IMG/VR virus record: IMGVR_UViG_3300037427_000580
Span: 1-52,852 of that record
Length of the DNA: 52,852 nt
Direction: 5' to 3' (one strand)
Source: a virus
Taxonomy: Duplodnaviria > Caudoviricetes
The notes beneath the pieces are model-generated. The model did not search any database. It saw nothing but the letters and a program-made list of their open reading frames with translations, and had not been told where the DNA came from. The position numbers and the translations under genes were made by a program. Below are positions 26,869-37,119 of this stretch, in pieces (positions within the stretch are counted from its first letter, which is position 1; each line of letters starts with the position of its first letter).

Positions 26869-28509
26869 TTAGATTCTATACCAGTTATCTTTGTTTTTAC
26901 TGTTGATAAATTCTTCTATATCAGCTTGATTGTGTACAATTCCTTGCTCAGGCTGTCCATCATCTACAATTGCAAAGGGTAAAGCTTGTTCCTCTAACAT
27001 TCTTAACTTATCATCATAGATTCTTTGTCTTATATCTGTATCAGTAATGTCTCTAAAATATGTTTGTTTGGCTAGCCAAGAGAATAAAACACAACACATT
27101 ACTAAATCGTCATGCGAACCCTCTTCAGCTTCATAGCTTCCATTTCTACTTATAAAAGTAGATAATTCCACTATCAAGTCATAGTCTTGTATAATAAATT
27201 TATCTTGTTCAACTAAATCTTTTAGATTAGAACAACCTATTCTTTTGACTTGTTTTGTTGTTCTTATTCCCATAGATGTAGAACCAGAAAATCCACCACT
27301 TATTTGTTGTCCTGCTCTACCCTTAAGAGTAGTTGACAACATATTTTCATACTCTAAGTCTTGATGTAATATATCTGCTACTTGTTGTCCTATATCATTA
27401 ACTTCAACAAGAACAAATGCTTGATTGTAATGCATTCCCACATTGTATATAATTGTCGGATATACAAGAGGTGACATATCTTTACTTCTAAACTTTGCTA
27501 CTAATTGATATGGCATTTGTGTTATATCTACTACAACAAATGCAGAGTAATCTAAACCAACACCTCTTGAAACATCAACAGACATTGCATATGTGTGTCC
27601 CTCAATAGCATCTTCATATACATCTACTTCTTCCCAAACTTTTCGTGGTTGAACGTGTGCTAAATTTTTTAATTTAGTTGGGTGTATGAGAGTACCAGCA
27701 GAACCGAGAAATTCACAATCAAATTCTTGTCTAAACTGCTCATCTGATGTATTAGCTATCGTTTCTAATTTCCATTGTTCATCTCTTCCTGGTACTTGGT
27801 CCCAATGAACTTCGATAGGTACATATTTACTATTCTTTTCTTCTGCATCAGTCCACATCTTATAGAAATGATTCATACCATTCGGTGTAGATACGATAAT
27901 AACTTTCGAACTTTGTCCAGAAGATATCGTAGGATAAACAGAACTGAAAAACTCTTCAGCCATATTATTACCCACAAATGCAAATTCGTCTAAGAATATC
28001 AGATTGTAAGAACCACCACGAATAGCTGAAGATGATGTTGCGGCTGATACAACTTTAGAACTATTCTCTAATTCTATGTTACCTTTATTCCACACAACAA
28101 TTCCTTGCTGTAACCATTTTGGTAAGTATTCATATGCTAATTGTATTTTACCTAACAAATCTCTTGCAAGAGAACCTTTGTTAGCAAGAATGGCTATGTT
28201 CTGACTATCATGGAATAATATTAGCCATAATATGTAAGCTGTAACTGTTGTTGATTTTCCTGATTGTCTTGGTAGTTTACATATACTAAAACGATTATTA
28301 TTAAATGTTTTAACCATCTCTTCTTGAAAGTCATACATTTCAAAGGGTATTAGTCCTCTGTCTACGTTAATAATCTTAACATAATTCTTTGCAAAGTATA
28401 CTGGATCTTTAGAACATTTTAGAAATTCGTTTACACTATCTTTAGTATATTCAACTTGTACACCCTTTGCTTTAAGATTTGGATTTCCAAGATACGTATT
28501 AGTTGGCAT
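26869..28509 (-). CDS. gp17: Terminase large subunit
   Basis: YLGNPNLK, PRQSGKST, FLDEFAF, STPNG, DVSRG.G.DYS, HDDLVM. Confidence 0.98.
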   Translation of the reverse strand: MPTNTYLGNPNLKAKGVQVEYTKDSVNEFLKCSKDPVYFAKNYVKIINVDRGLIPFEMYDFQEEMVKTFNNNRFSICKLPRQSGKSTTVTAYILWLILFHDSQNIAILANKGSLARDLLGKIQLAYEYLPKWLQQGIVVWNKGNIELENSSKVVSAATSSSAIRGGSYNLIFLDEFAFVGNNMAEEFFSSVYPTISSGQSSKVIIVSTPNGMNHFYKMWTDAEEKNSKYVPIEVHWDQVPGRDEQWKLETIANTSDEQFRQEFDCEFLGSAGTLIHPTKLKNLAHVQPRKVWEEVDVYEDAIEGHTYAMSVDVSRGVGLDYSAFVVVDITQMPYQLVAKFRSKDMSPLVYPTIIYNVGMHYNQAFVLVEVNDIGQQVADILHQDLEYENMLSTTLKGRAGQQISGGFSGSTSMGIRTTKQVKRIGCSNLKDLVEQDKFIIQDYDLIVELSTFISRNGSYEAEEGSHDDLVMCCVLFSWLAKQTYFRDITDTDIRQRIYDDKLRMLEEQALPFAIVDDGQPEQGIVHNQADIEEFINSKNKDNWYRI

Positions 28510-28939
28510 TCGTTTTTCTATCTTCTATGTTTCTATCTCTTTCGTTTATAAAAACTCTATTTTTTAAATGTTCTTCTGCTATATCATCTTTAGATTGTCC
28601 GTGATAAGCAACTGCGTGATGTTCATCAATCATCTTTAGATTTATATTATGTGTACCACCATACCATAATTCTCCAAGTATTCTACCAAACTTTCCCTTA
28701 GCATCATAAGTTTTTGTTCTCAAAGTGACATCACCTGCTGTTACCCATTTAGTAAGAAATTCTTTAGCTTTTAGTCCATACACTTTCTCTTCAGCATCAC
28801 TTGTTCTAGATTCGGGTGTATCGATACCGTGAAGTCTTACTCTTTCTTTATGTAACCAAACTCCGAAACCCAAATCGATATCAACATCAACAGTATCTCC
28901 GTCAATTACTTTTACTACTTTTACATTATATTCGTACAT
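28499..28939 (-). CDS. Thermonuclease (SNase-like)
   Basis: VIDGDTVD, RVRL.GIDTPE, GKFGRILG. Confidence 0.9.
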   Translation of the reverse strand: MYEYNVKVVKVIDGDTVDVDIDLGFGVWLHKERVRLHGIDTPESRTSDAEEKVYGLKAKEFLTKWVTAGDVTLRTKTYDAKGKFGRILGELWYGGTHNINLKMIDEHHAVAYHGQSKDDIAEEHLKNRVFINERDRNIEDRKTNAN

Positions 28940-28940
28940 T

Positions 28941-29336
28941 TCATCTCCCGTTTATCATTTTTTGAAGTTCAGCAGTTGAACCAACAAACAATGCATTTGT
29001 TACTTGTTGAGGTTGTTCTTTTTCATCTTCTTTTTTTAAGTCTTTAACTTTCTTTTGAATCTCTAGTAAGTCTTTATTCGCATCTACAAGTGTCTTGGTA
29101 AGTTGAGATACAACTTCAAATGCTCTAGGGTGTTCACTAGCTTTCGCTAAGTCAATTAAATTATCTAAAGCTTCTGTACCCTTTTCAATAACTCCGTACA
29201 AATTTTCTCTTGCATATTTGTAATCGTTATCTACATCTTCAGGCACATTAACTTCTGTTTTTTCTTTTTCTACTTCCACTAAATCAGTCCCCACTTTGAA
29301 AACATCATTTAGATTATCTGTCACATTATTTTTCAT
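28941..29336 (-). CDS. gp16: Terminase small subunit
   Basis: DY.YAR.NL, HPRAFEV, NALFVGSTAELQ. Confidence 0.93.
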   Translation of the reverse strand: MKNNVTDNLNDVFKVGTDLVEVEKEKTEVNVPEDVDNDYKYARENLYGVIEKGTEALDNLIDLAKASEHPRAFEVVSQLTKTLVDANKDLLEIQKKVKDLKKEDEKEQPQQVTNALFVGSTAELQKMINGR

Positions 29337-30175
29337 TGAAAGAAATCTTCCCTATCAAAAGCAAATCCATAATTAGAGTTTGCTGATATTTGGTTTATAG
29401 GAACACTAGCTGAACTATTTGATGTCGGCTGTCCATTCGCTAAAAGTCCTGGTGTTAAAGTTATTTTTTGTAGTTTATCATCTGTCGTACTAATAACTAC
29501 ATTTCCAGTAGCAGTATTACTAGAAGGAATAAACTGATTAACATAAGCCCTACGTATAATACCACGATTAGTAACAGGTCCAAATATATATCCTTTTATT
29601 CTAAATTGAAATGTATATATTATTGCTCTACGTGTGTCAAAATCACCATCATATGTATCTTCTATTGTCATACCAGTAAGCACAGTAGGAACATCTACGT
29701 ATTGATTTAATTCTTTAACTATCTTTATACTATTTGTCCACTCTGGGCGAAAGTATGGTAATATCTGTTCTACTACTTGTACTGCATCTTCATTGTTTGC
29801 GAACATACCATAAAGAACCATATCGATATCATATGGAGCTGGAGTCCAAGTTTGTCTTAAAGTATTGTTTCCTCCACCTTTACCAACTTGTTTATTAGAA
29901 CGAGCTAGTACTCTTTCTGGAGCGTAAAGCATAGATTCAATTTCGAAAGATAACCGCGGTAACACCATTGCTATCTCTCTTCTACCATCTGGATCACTTC
30001 TAAGTTTTGCTAGAAATTTTTCTTTTGGGCCGTATGCAATGGGTACACGTATCTGTTGAGTACTTTCGCCTGCTTTATTGAAACGTACTACATCTATATC
30101 ATTAAACATATTACCAAACATGATAATATATTTACGTATGGCGCTATGATAGTGAAATTGTCCAAACATTACCAA
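29333..30175 (-). CDS. gp15: Tail sheath stabiliser/terminator
   Basis: FG..FN.I, VPIAYGPKEKFL, LPRLSFE, QVVEQILPYF.P. Confidence 0.94.
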   Translation of the reverse strand: MVMFGQFHYHSAIRKYIIMFGNMFNDIDVVRFNKAGESTQQIRVPIAYGPKEKFLAKLRSDPDGRREIAMVLPRLSFEIESMLYAPERVLARSNKQVGKGGGNNTLRQTWTPAPYDIDMVLYGMFANNEDAVQVVEQILPYFRPEWTNSIKIVKELNQYVDVPTVLTGMTIEDTYDGDFDTRRAIIYTFQFRIKGYIFGPVTNRGIIRRAYVNQFIPSSNTATGNVVISTTDDKLQKITLTPGLLANGQPTSNSSASVPINQISANSNYGFAFDREDFFQ

Positions 30176-31683
30176 TCAGTCCCTTCACTAAATGGATTCC
30201 GTTCTGTAAAGTCTAAGAAACCAGTTTTTTCTGTTTCGAATAATTGATTATTCGCTGTTGAGTTTGAGTGTGTTGTATTAGCAGTATTCTCTAATAATAA
30301 TCCACTATTATCTTCAAGTTTAATACCACCTGCAAAAGTTTCTACAGTAAATGTAACTGATGGCACATATGGAGTACCATTAACATTGACATAACCTCTT
30401 CCAGCACTACTCATACTAACACTAGTAACTCCAGAGCCAGTTAATATAGGTGTCCCTGTGGCTGTTTGTCTATCAGGTGGATTAGTAATATTAACTGTTG
30501 GTGGATTTTCATAATATTTACCACCTTCAGTAATTGTAATACTTGTAATATTTCCTTGACTATTAGCTGTAGCTGTTCCAGATGCCGCAAAATGTATAGC
30601 ATTATTTGGAGCGGCAATTGTTATTGTAGGTGCTGAAGTATAACCACCACCTGCAGATTGAACAGTTAAACTTGCAACACCATTATTAGTATTAAGAGAA
30701 GATGTTATAACAGCATCTTGTCCAGAAGGAGAGGCTGTAACTGAAACAGATGGTGGTTGTAAATAAAATCCACCTGCTCTCGTAATATTTGTCCCTGTAA
30801 CAGCTCCACTTGATATTGCCGCTGTCGCTGTTGCATTTAATCTTTGTGTTGTTTCTGGATCTGAGAAAGTTACTGGAACATTTGCTATATATCCAGAACC
30901 ATATTGATTTGTATTTAATGTTGCACCCGTTACTGCACCACCTGATATTGCCGCTGTAGCTAAAGCTTTCTGTGCCGCGGGTGGGGCTCCAAATGTAACT
31001 GCTGGAACAGTTGCGTAATCTCCAGAATTTGTTACTGTAACACTACCAACTCCACCATTTGAGAGTATCGCTGTACCAACTGCTCTTTCTTTATAAGTTT
31101 CAAGAAGTACTTGAAAGTTAAGTACGTTGATAGTGTGTCTTGCGGCCAGATCATCAATCGCTTTAACACCTGTTTCAACAACTTCGTGACTGTATTCGAA
31201 CAACTCACAACGTAAATCATACATCTGTAAAGAACCCATTTGGTAGAATATTGGTTGCTTATCTACATATTTAATTTCGTAAAGCTGTCCTGTGAGTGGA
31301 AAGAATATTAAATCACCTTCCATTGGGCGTTGTATTTTATCGCCTTGATTATCTAACTTAATAGCACCTTCTGGTATTTCTTCTTGATATCTTCTATGTG
31401 ATACTGAGAAAGTAATCTGATCTCTAACTTCTAGATTAAACTTTGATAGAAACTCACCCTCTCCATCAAAACCCTCTACGTTCTTAATATACATTTCTAT
31501 TGGATATGCACTATCAAATTTAGATAATACATCTTCACCAAACAAATCATCTTCTTTTATGAGTTGTCTTGGAATATAGAAATTGTCATAGCCATAAATC
31601 TTAATTGATTCGATTATTAAATCTTCAATTAGATTCTGTTGCCCACTATGAGCATTATTATTAAAATAAAAATTAGTTGGCAT
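30169..31683 (-). CDS. gp14: Neck protein with internal repeat insertion
   Basis: EDLIIESIKIYG, RP.EGDLI.FP, FYQ.G, C-terminal DFTE.NPF; about 250 aa of G.GY...P.V repeats inserted. Confidence 0.92.
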   Translation of the reverse strand: MPTNFYFNNNAHSGQQNLIEDLIIESIKIYGYDNFYIPRQLIKEDDLFGEDVLSKFDSAYPIEMYIKNVEGFDGEGEFLSKFNLEVRDQITFSVSHRRYQEEIPEGAIKLDNQGDKIQRPMEGDLIFFPLTGQLYEIKYVDKQPIFYQMGSLQMYDLRCELFEYSHEVVETGVKAIDDLAARHTINVLNFQVLLETYKERAVGTAILSNGGVGSVTVTNSGDYATVPAVTFGAPPAAQKALATAAISGGAVTGATLNTNQYGSGYIANVPVTFSDPETTQRLNATATAAISSGAVTGTNITRAGGFYLQPPSVSVTASPSGQDAVITSSLNTNNGVASLTVQSAGGGYTSAPTITIAAPNNAIHFAASGTATANSQGNITSITITEGGKYYENPPTVNITNPPDRQTATGTPILTGSGVTSVSMSSAGRGYVNVNGTPYVPSVTFTVETFAGGIKLEDNSGLLLENTANTTHSNSTANNQLFETEKTGFLDFTERNPFSEGTDW

Positions 31684-31688
31684 TTAAA

Positions 31689-32432
31689 TTATCCAATCAT
31701 GTCCATTACGGGCATAGAAAACTTTGATATTATTTCTTCTTCTAATCTTTTTATCTCTTCTTCAGCTTCGCCCCATATAGCAGAACCATTAAAACTTACA
31801 CCACCAGGGAGTTGCATACCTTCAAACTTCTTGAGATTTTCTCCCCATTGACGTTTGATAAGTTGTGTTGTATATTGTCTTAACCACCAATCTCCCCATA
31901 CAGAAGTATGTGTATCTGGATTTAAAACTTTATAACACTCTACAATAAGATATTCACCAGCAGTTACTTTTGAAACCCAGTCCATATCTATATAAAGTTT
32001 ATCTGTATGTCTATTGAAACGTATACCTTGTTGCCCTACAAATATCTCTTGCATCAAGGCAATATTTTCCATATTGGTATAGTAACCAGAGAAGGCCGAC
32101 TTGCTCCAGTCGAAAACTTCGTTTAATGTTAACTGATATCTAAGATTAAATAGATTGTTTGCATTGAGTCCTGTTCCAACTGGAAAAACTCTAATGATAC
32201 CACTAACAGTTGATGGTATATCAATATATTTGTTTGTAATATTTGCTGTTGTTATAGTATGCTTTAAAAAATCTTTTTCAGTTCCGTCATAATGATAATC
32301 TCTATAGAAAGATAAAGCATCATCAATACGATCATCTACTTGATCATCATCAACATTTATTTCAACAACTGGATGTCCTAATCTTCTAAGACAGTAATCC
32401 TTCAATGTTGTTCTTGAATTGGGAGTTGACAT
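31689..32432 (-). CDS. gp13: Neck protein
   Basis: YCLRRLG.PV.EINVDDDQ, QWG.NL.KF.G.QLPGGV. Confidence 0.96.
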   Translation of the reverse strand: MSTPNSRTTLKDYCLRRLGHPVVEINVDDDQVDDRIDDALSFYRDYHYDGTEKDFLKHTITTANITNKYIDIPSTVSGIIRVFPVGTGLNANNLFNLRYQLTLNEVFDWSKSAFSGYYTNMENIALMQEIFVGQQGIRFNRHTDKLYIDMDWVSKVTAGEYLIVECYKVLNPDTHTSVWGDWWLRQYTTQLIKRQWGENLKKFEGMQLPGGVSFNGSAIWGEAEEEIKRLEEEIISKFSMPVMDMIG

Positions 32433-32446
32433 AATTTTTCCTTACT

Positions 32447-32470
32447 TTTAATTATGTCTCTATTTATAAT
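32447..32470. repeat. 24-bp direct repeat containing late promoter (copy 1)
   Basis: tttaattatgtctctatttataat, identical to 33918-33941; includes TATAAATA on the minus strand. Confidence 0.9.
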
Positions 32471-32494
32471 ACTTCCTACATTAGTTAGGCTAGA

Positions 32495-33892
32495 TTAGTT
32501 GTCGTCCATATGTGTATTAAAAGGTGTGTTCGTTGAAGTAACATCATCTAAATCTTTCAAATGTCCATATGTACCATTTGCTATAGCAGTAGTTATTTCA
32601 ATGTTTTTTGTAGTATAATTATCATATTTCCAACCATCAAAATTTATACTCTGGCCTTGAGTACCCGCCAATCCAATATCACCAGTTCTGTTACTAGCAT
32701 CTTCAAAAGCACAGTCAATGGCTCTTACGGCATTAGCAGATCCAGAATAAGGAGCCATTACTGTACCATAATTCAAAAATGTACAATGTTTAAATGTTCT
32801 TTTATAAGTAGTACTAGCAGTATTATCATATCTCCAAGAAAAATTACCACCATTCAAGTCAATGATACAATTGAGCATTGAACCAGCACCTTTGCCATCT
32901 CTGGTAATAGCACACTCATAGTTAGTAGTTGAAGTTTGATGTCTATGATAAGTAAGATTGAACATAAATTGACGATAAGTTAAAGTTATTGGATCAGGCG
33001 CACTATTAGAACTACCCCAAGAACTACTGAAAATAGGGTGATCTCGTCTACCAGTTGTTCCGTCGTGATTGTGCCATAAGAATATGTTGTTGGGTTTTGC
33101 ACCTCCACCACAGAATGCAATCCGTTTTTGAGCAAATGGATCTGTTGACGAAGTATCATGTCCAGTACTATGAGTGATTTTGAAATGTCCATAACCTCCT
33201 GCGGCGGGTTTGAGATATATTAAATCACCGTGTGCGGCAGTACTAGTAATCAAAGTATCAAGACTTACTGCATTTGCTTCATCAACACCACCAGTAACTT
33301 CTCTAACTGTTCCCGATGTATGTGCGATATATATGGTTTTGAAAGCAAGTCCAGGAGAGAAATTGAGACTACAAGCTACTGCGTGAGAAGTAGTAGAAAT
33401 ACCATCAGTTGCTTTAAGTCTTAATGTAAAGTTACCAGCATGTGCTGTATTTGTTGATGGTGTAAATGTAAATGTACCACCCGATGCGGCAACATTAGTT
33501 ATCTGATTAGGGCTAGCTGGTGCAGTATCGTAAGCATACGTAATTGGAAAACCTTCTGGATCTTCAGCGGCTATCGTCAAGGCACTTGTAGCACCAGAAG
33601 ACGATAATTCAAGTGAACTAGCTGGTGTTGTAGTAAGTCTTGGCGTTTCATTAGCACCTGTGCTTACTCTATCCCATTCTGCTCCGTCCCAAATATATAA
33701 TGCCTTCGTAGCTGTAGCAAAAGCATAATCACCTGCAACATTACCAGAACTCGGTAATGCGGCCAAATTTGCGTATACTGTTACAGCAGTATCGGAATCT
33801 TTTGTTGAGTCCCAAACACCTTTACTAGTATTGTAAACAAATCCTTGATATATTGCCCCATTACTTGGACTACTTGGAAAGTTTAAGGCCAT
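32495..33892 (-). CDS. Putative virion structural/adhesin protein
   Basis: MALNFPSSPSNG N-terminus, Ig/cadherin-like DPEG..ITY segment, variable C-terminus. Confidence 0.7.
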   Translation of the reverse strand: MALNFPSSPSNGAIYQGFVYNTSKGVWDSTKDSDTAVTVYANLAALPSSGNVAGDYAFATATKALYIWDGAEWDRVSTGANETPRLTTTPASSLELSSSGATSALTIAAEDPEGFPITYAYDTAPASPNQITNVAASGGTFTFTPSTNTAHAGNFTLRLKATDGISTTSHAVACSLNFSPGLAFKTIYIAHTSGTVREVTGGVDEANAVSLDTLITSTAAHGDLIYLKPAAGGYGHFKITHSTGHDTSSTDPFAQKRIAFCGGGAKPNNIFLWHNHDGTTGRRDHPIFSSSWGSSNSAPDPITLTYRQFMFNLTYHRHQTSTTNYECAITRDGKGAGSMLNCIIDLNGGNFSWRYDNTASTTYKRTFKHCTFLNYGTVMAPYSGSANAVRAIDCAFEDASNRTGDIGLAGTQGQSINFDGWKYDNYTTKNIEITTAIANGTYGHLKDLDDVTSTNTPFNTHMDDN

Positions 33893-33917
33893 TTGTTATT
33901 CTCCTCTTAAAATAGAC

Positions 33918-33941
33918 TTTAATTATGTCTCTATTTATAAT
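33918..33941. repeat. 24-bp direct repeat containing late promoter (copy 2)
   Basis: Identical to 32447-32470. Confidence 0.9.
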
Positions 33942-35968
33942 TATAAAATAGACTGTGAAATTCTTAAAGTCTGATCATCAATTTTAAACAAGTCGTTTAA
34001 ATGTCCAGTTTTATGAGTTGGTACACCAGATTTAGAATATGTTTTATAATGTGCAGATAAGTGACTACCAGCATCAGCACCATCTGTAAATGTTACCCCA
34101 TTTTGATTTCCACCTTGCGAACCACCGATTGTTGGATATCTAGCTTTATCACTTAATCTTATTCCAAATATCTTTCCGTTAAAACATTCAGTACCATTAT
34201 TAAAAGCACCTATGTCTACTTGTCCAGTCATTGAATGAGAGTTTGATATAGTTGTAGTATCTTCTATGCCATCATGGTATAATTTCCATACATTACTTGC
34301 GTTTCTTATTAATGCAATATGATACCAAGTACCTGTAGCAGTAGGTGTCCAACTAAAGTTTGCACTACCACTTGCATTATAAAATCTTATTTTATTAGCA
34401 GTTTGATAATAGTATATCTGACTACCATTAATAGTTATAAGAGTTTGACTTGAGGCAAGTGTATCGAAATTAAACCAACCTTCAATTGTATATTCTCCTG
34501 TACCACCAGCGGCTCCACTTGAATATCTTATAAAGTTATTATTTGTACCAGGAAAATCTCTACTTTTTTGTCCACTAGAAGTAAATGGAAGAGTTGTACT
34601 TGCAGGAACTGTTCCTGTAACTGAATTGCCAGTAGATAAAGTATCTTCTTGACACGATATTAAATCTGTATCTGAATCACTTGTGAATTTTTCTGTGGGC
34701 TTTGAAAAATAAAATGATTGTGTAAATTTAGTACCTTCAGGTGTTGTTCCAGTATCATCATCAAAAGCACAATTAGTTAATTTTAAAGCTCCATCTACAC
34801 CACTATAACTACTAGTAACATCATTGTAATTTACAAAAGAACAATTAATAAAATTGGTAACTGGTACATTAAGATTACTGTTGTTATATTGCCAACTAAA
34901 TTTTGCCGCAGTAGCAGAAGAAGATGGATTATATGTTGTTTGACTTGCACCATCAACTCTATAATCAAATAATACATTTTGAAAAGAACAACCACCTTGT
35001 CTTCCATATGGATCACCAATCATAGCTTCTATATAACTACTTCCTGTATAAATTTCTCTCCAGAATGTTAGATTAAACATTTTTCTCCAATATGTTCTAA
35101 CTGGTGATGCCCCACTTGCGGCAGTATAAGATGCGGCTGTTTGAGCATCTAAAACTTTTGTAGATGTTCCAGTACCAGCTGTATGTATTATAATAATATA
35201 TGTGGGATCTGCACCTGATCCTGCAATTGCAAAATGTTTACCATCAAATAAATCACCAGCATAAGGAGTATCAAAATTTGTATTATTAACATCTAATGTA
35301 AAATATCCATAACTCGAACCAGCTTTTGGAGTTAATTTAACAAGATCACCGTTTTGTGCGGTAGATGTTAGCATAGTAGTTAAACTTATAGGAGATGCTC
35401 TTGTTCCACCTGCTAAAATTCTTTCTGTACCACTTGTTCCAGAATCTGAAATTCCTGTACCACTAAGATATGCATTTTTAAATGCAAGATATGGTGTATA
35501 TGTTGCTTTTAATGTTGCAGTAGCAGTACCAGTATTAACTTGATCACTAGCATTAATAGTTACAGAACCACTCCAAGTACCCTCGTTTGCTTTTACATTT
35601 GTAATTCTTACATGGTTATTAGATGCAGTATGAACAAATGTAGCTGTATTTGTATCTGCAATACCAGAGTTTGATACTGTAACTGTAATTGGTTTTGTAT
35701 CATCTGTAACTGTATATGTTAGATCGGCAGTATTACCACTTGTTCCAAATTCAAAATCAGTTGCATTTAATGTCACAGCTGGAATCGCATTTTGATCTTT
35801 TAAATAATACCAACCAGAACCATTAGATATAAAAACTCTATTTTCTGCTAAAGTATAAGCTAAAGAACCAGCTCCTTGTGAAGCGGCTAGTGTGTTAGTT
35901 AATGCGGCCTTGTTTGCTACATTTAATGTACCTTTTGCGACATATCTTTCTGTACTGTAAGTTGACAT
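33941..35968 (-). CDS. Virion protein with shared N-terminal module and LamG-like domain
   Basis: NSGIADTN.ATFVHT.SNNH module; YTIEGWF, WYHIAL.R, LY.DG, FNGKI. Confidence 0.75.
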   Translation of the reverse strand: MSTYSTERYVAKGTLNVANKAALTNTLAASQGAGSLAYTLAENRVFISNGSGWYYLKDQNAIPAVTLNATDFEFGTSGNTADLTYTVTDDTKPITVTVSNSGIADTNTATFVHTASNNHVRITNVKANEGTWSGSVTINASDQVNTGTATATLKATYTPYLAFKNAYLSGTGISDSGTSGTERILAGGTRASPISLTTMLTSTAQNGDLVKLTPKAGSSYGYFTLDVNNTNFDTPYAGDLFDGKHFAIAGSGADPTYIIIIHTAGTGTSTKVLDAQTAASYTAASGASPVRTYWRKMFNLTFWREIYTGSSYIEAMIGDPYGRQGGCSFQNVLFDYRVDGASQTTYNPSSSATAAKFSWQYNNSNLNVPVTNFINCSFVNYNDVTSSYSGVDGALKLTNCAFDDDTGTTPEGTKFTQSFYFSKPTEKFTSDSDTDLISCQEDTLSTGNSVTGTVPASTTLPFTSSGQKSRDFPGTNNNFIRYSSGAAGGTGEYTIEGWFNFDTLASSQTLITINGSQIYYYQTANKIRFYNASGSANFSWTPTATGTWYHIALIRNASNVWKLYHDGIEDTTTISNSHSMTGQVDIGAFNNGTECFNGKIFGIRLSDKARYPTIGGSQGGNQNGVTFTDGADAGSHLSAHYKTYSKSGVPTHKTGHLNDLFKIDDQTLRISQSIL

Positions 35969-35973
35969 TCTAA

Positions 35974-37110
35974 TTACCCACCCTTATCGAATATAGCTTG
36001 TATTTGTGCTTGTGTTAATGCGCCATCGTAAACTTGTATGGCATCTAGAGCAGATGGATAAGTCATACCAGAATAAGTATAACCTGCTCCAATTATACTT
36101 ACTCTATTATAACTTGTACTACCAGCAACACTCTTATCTGTAATCTCTTTTGTCATTGTGCCACTAGCATCAACATATCCATCAATATTATTATTTGTTT
36201 TATGTACATAAGCTAACATACGCCAAGTACCATTTATCATAGATGTAGTACCTTTCGTTGCAGAGCCACCTCCACAAACACATATCACACCATCTTCTAA
36301 TCCAAATCCACACCAAACAGATCCTGTAGTATCACCAAAGAAGGGAATACCTGGAGAATATGCACTATTCGTACCATTATTCTGTGTTCCTTTGTACCAA
36401 ACTATAAATGTTTTTCCGTTACTACTATTAGCATTTGCTAATTCACCCATTGTTAAATAAGCACTCGCACTAGTTCCACTTAAATATCCACCATTGAGAG
36501 TACCACCCGTTTGGTTACTATATGATGGTGAACCAGTTGTAGTGGGAGTTCCCCAAGATCCTGTTTTACCCATAGCACCACCATTGAAAGTTAAACCTAA
36601 CAATCGAGTTGTACCAGCTGGTTGATGAAGTTCTTCAGTATAAGAATAAACTACATTTGCAGATGCTTGTCCAGTATTACTCTTAGAATCTTGAGCCGAA
36701 ACTGTAATAGTAAATGTCTTACTTGTACTTGCTACTTTTGTAACTTTTATATGATTATTGCTTGTTGTATGTACAACTGTAGCATCATTAGTATCAGCAA
36801 TACCTGAATTAGCAACTGTAATTGTAAGAGCGGAATTTGCTGTAACATCATCATTGACAGTATATGTTATATCAGCTACAGTTCCACCAGCTGAACCTCT
36901 TGTAAAAGTTGTTGCATTTAAAGATACTGTGGGATTTTCATCAACACTATCTAATCTAAACCAACCAGTACCATTTGTAATATAATAATCTTGCCCTAGT
37001 GTAGAAAATGCAGTATCTCCAGCTGTTAATCCACTAGTGGGTAAAACACTACCATTTGCATAAGGCAAAGCTTTTCTTGTTTGATGTCTTATTGTTGAAT
37101 ATGTTGACAT
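35974..37110 (-). CDS. Virion protein with shared N-terminal module and LamG-like domain
   Basis: NSGIADTND.TVVHT.SNNH; W.MLAYV, QVYD.ALT..QI. Confidence 0.72.
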   Translation of the reverse strand: MSTYSTIRHQTRKALPYANGSVLPTSGLTAGDTAFSTLGQDYYITNGTGWFRLDSVDENPTVSLNATTFTRGSAGGTVADITYTVNDDVTANSALTITVANSGIADTNDATVVHTTSNNHIKVTKVASTSKTFTITVSAQDSKSNTGQASANVVYSYTEELHQPAGTTRLLGLTFNGGAMGKTGSWGTPTTTGSPSYSNQTGGTLNGGYLSGTSASAYLTMGELANANSSNGKTFIVWYKGTQNNGTNSAYSPGIPFFGDTTGSVWCGFGLEDGVICVCGGGSATKGTTSMINGTWRMLAYVHKTNNNIDGYVDASGTMTKEITDKSVAGSTSYNRVSIIGAGYTYSGMTYPSALDAIQVYDGALTQAQIQAIFDKGG

Positions 37111-37119
37111 ATTTTCTTC

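Noticed and set aside
8703-28509. Introns, inteins or homing endonucleases in gp46, gp17, gp20 and gp23
   Set aside because: ORFs are continuous and of normal length, with no intein or HNH/GIY-YIG motifs seen
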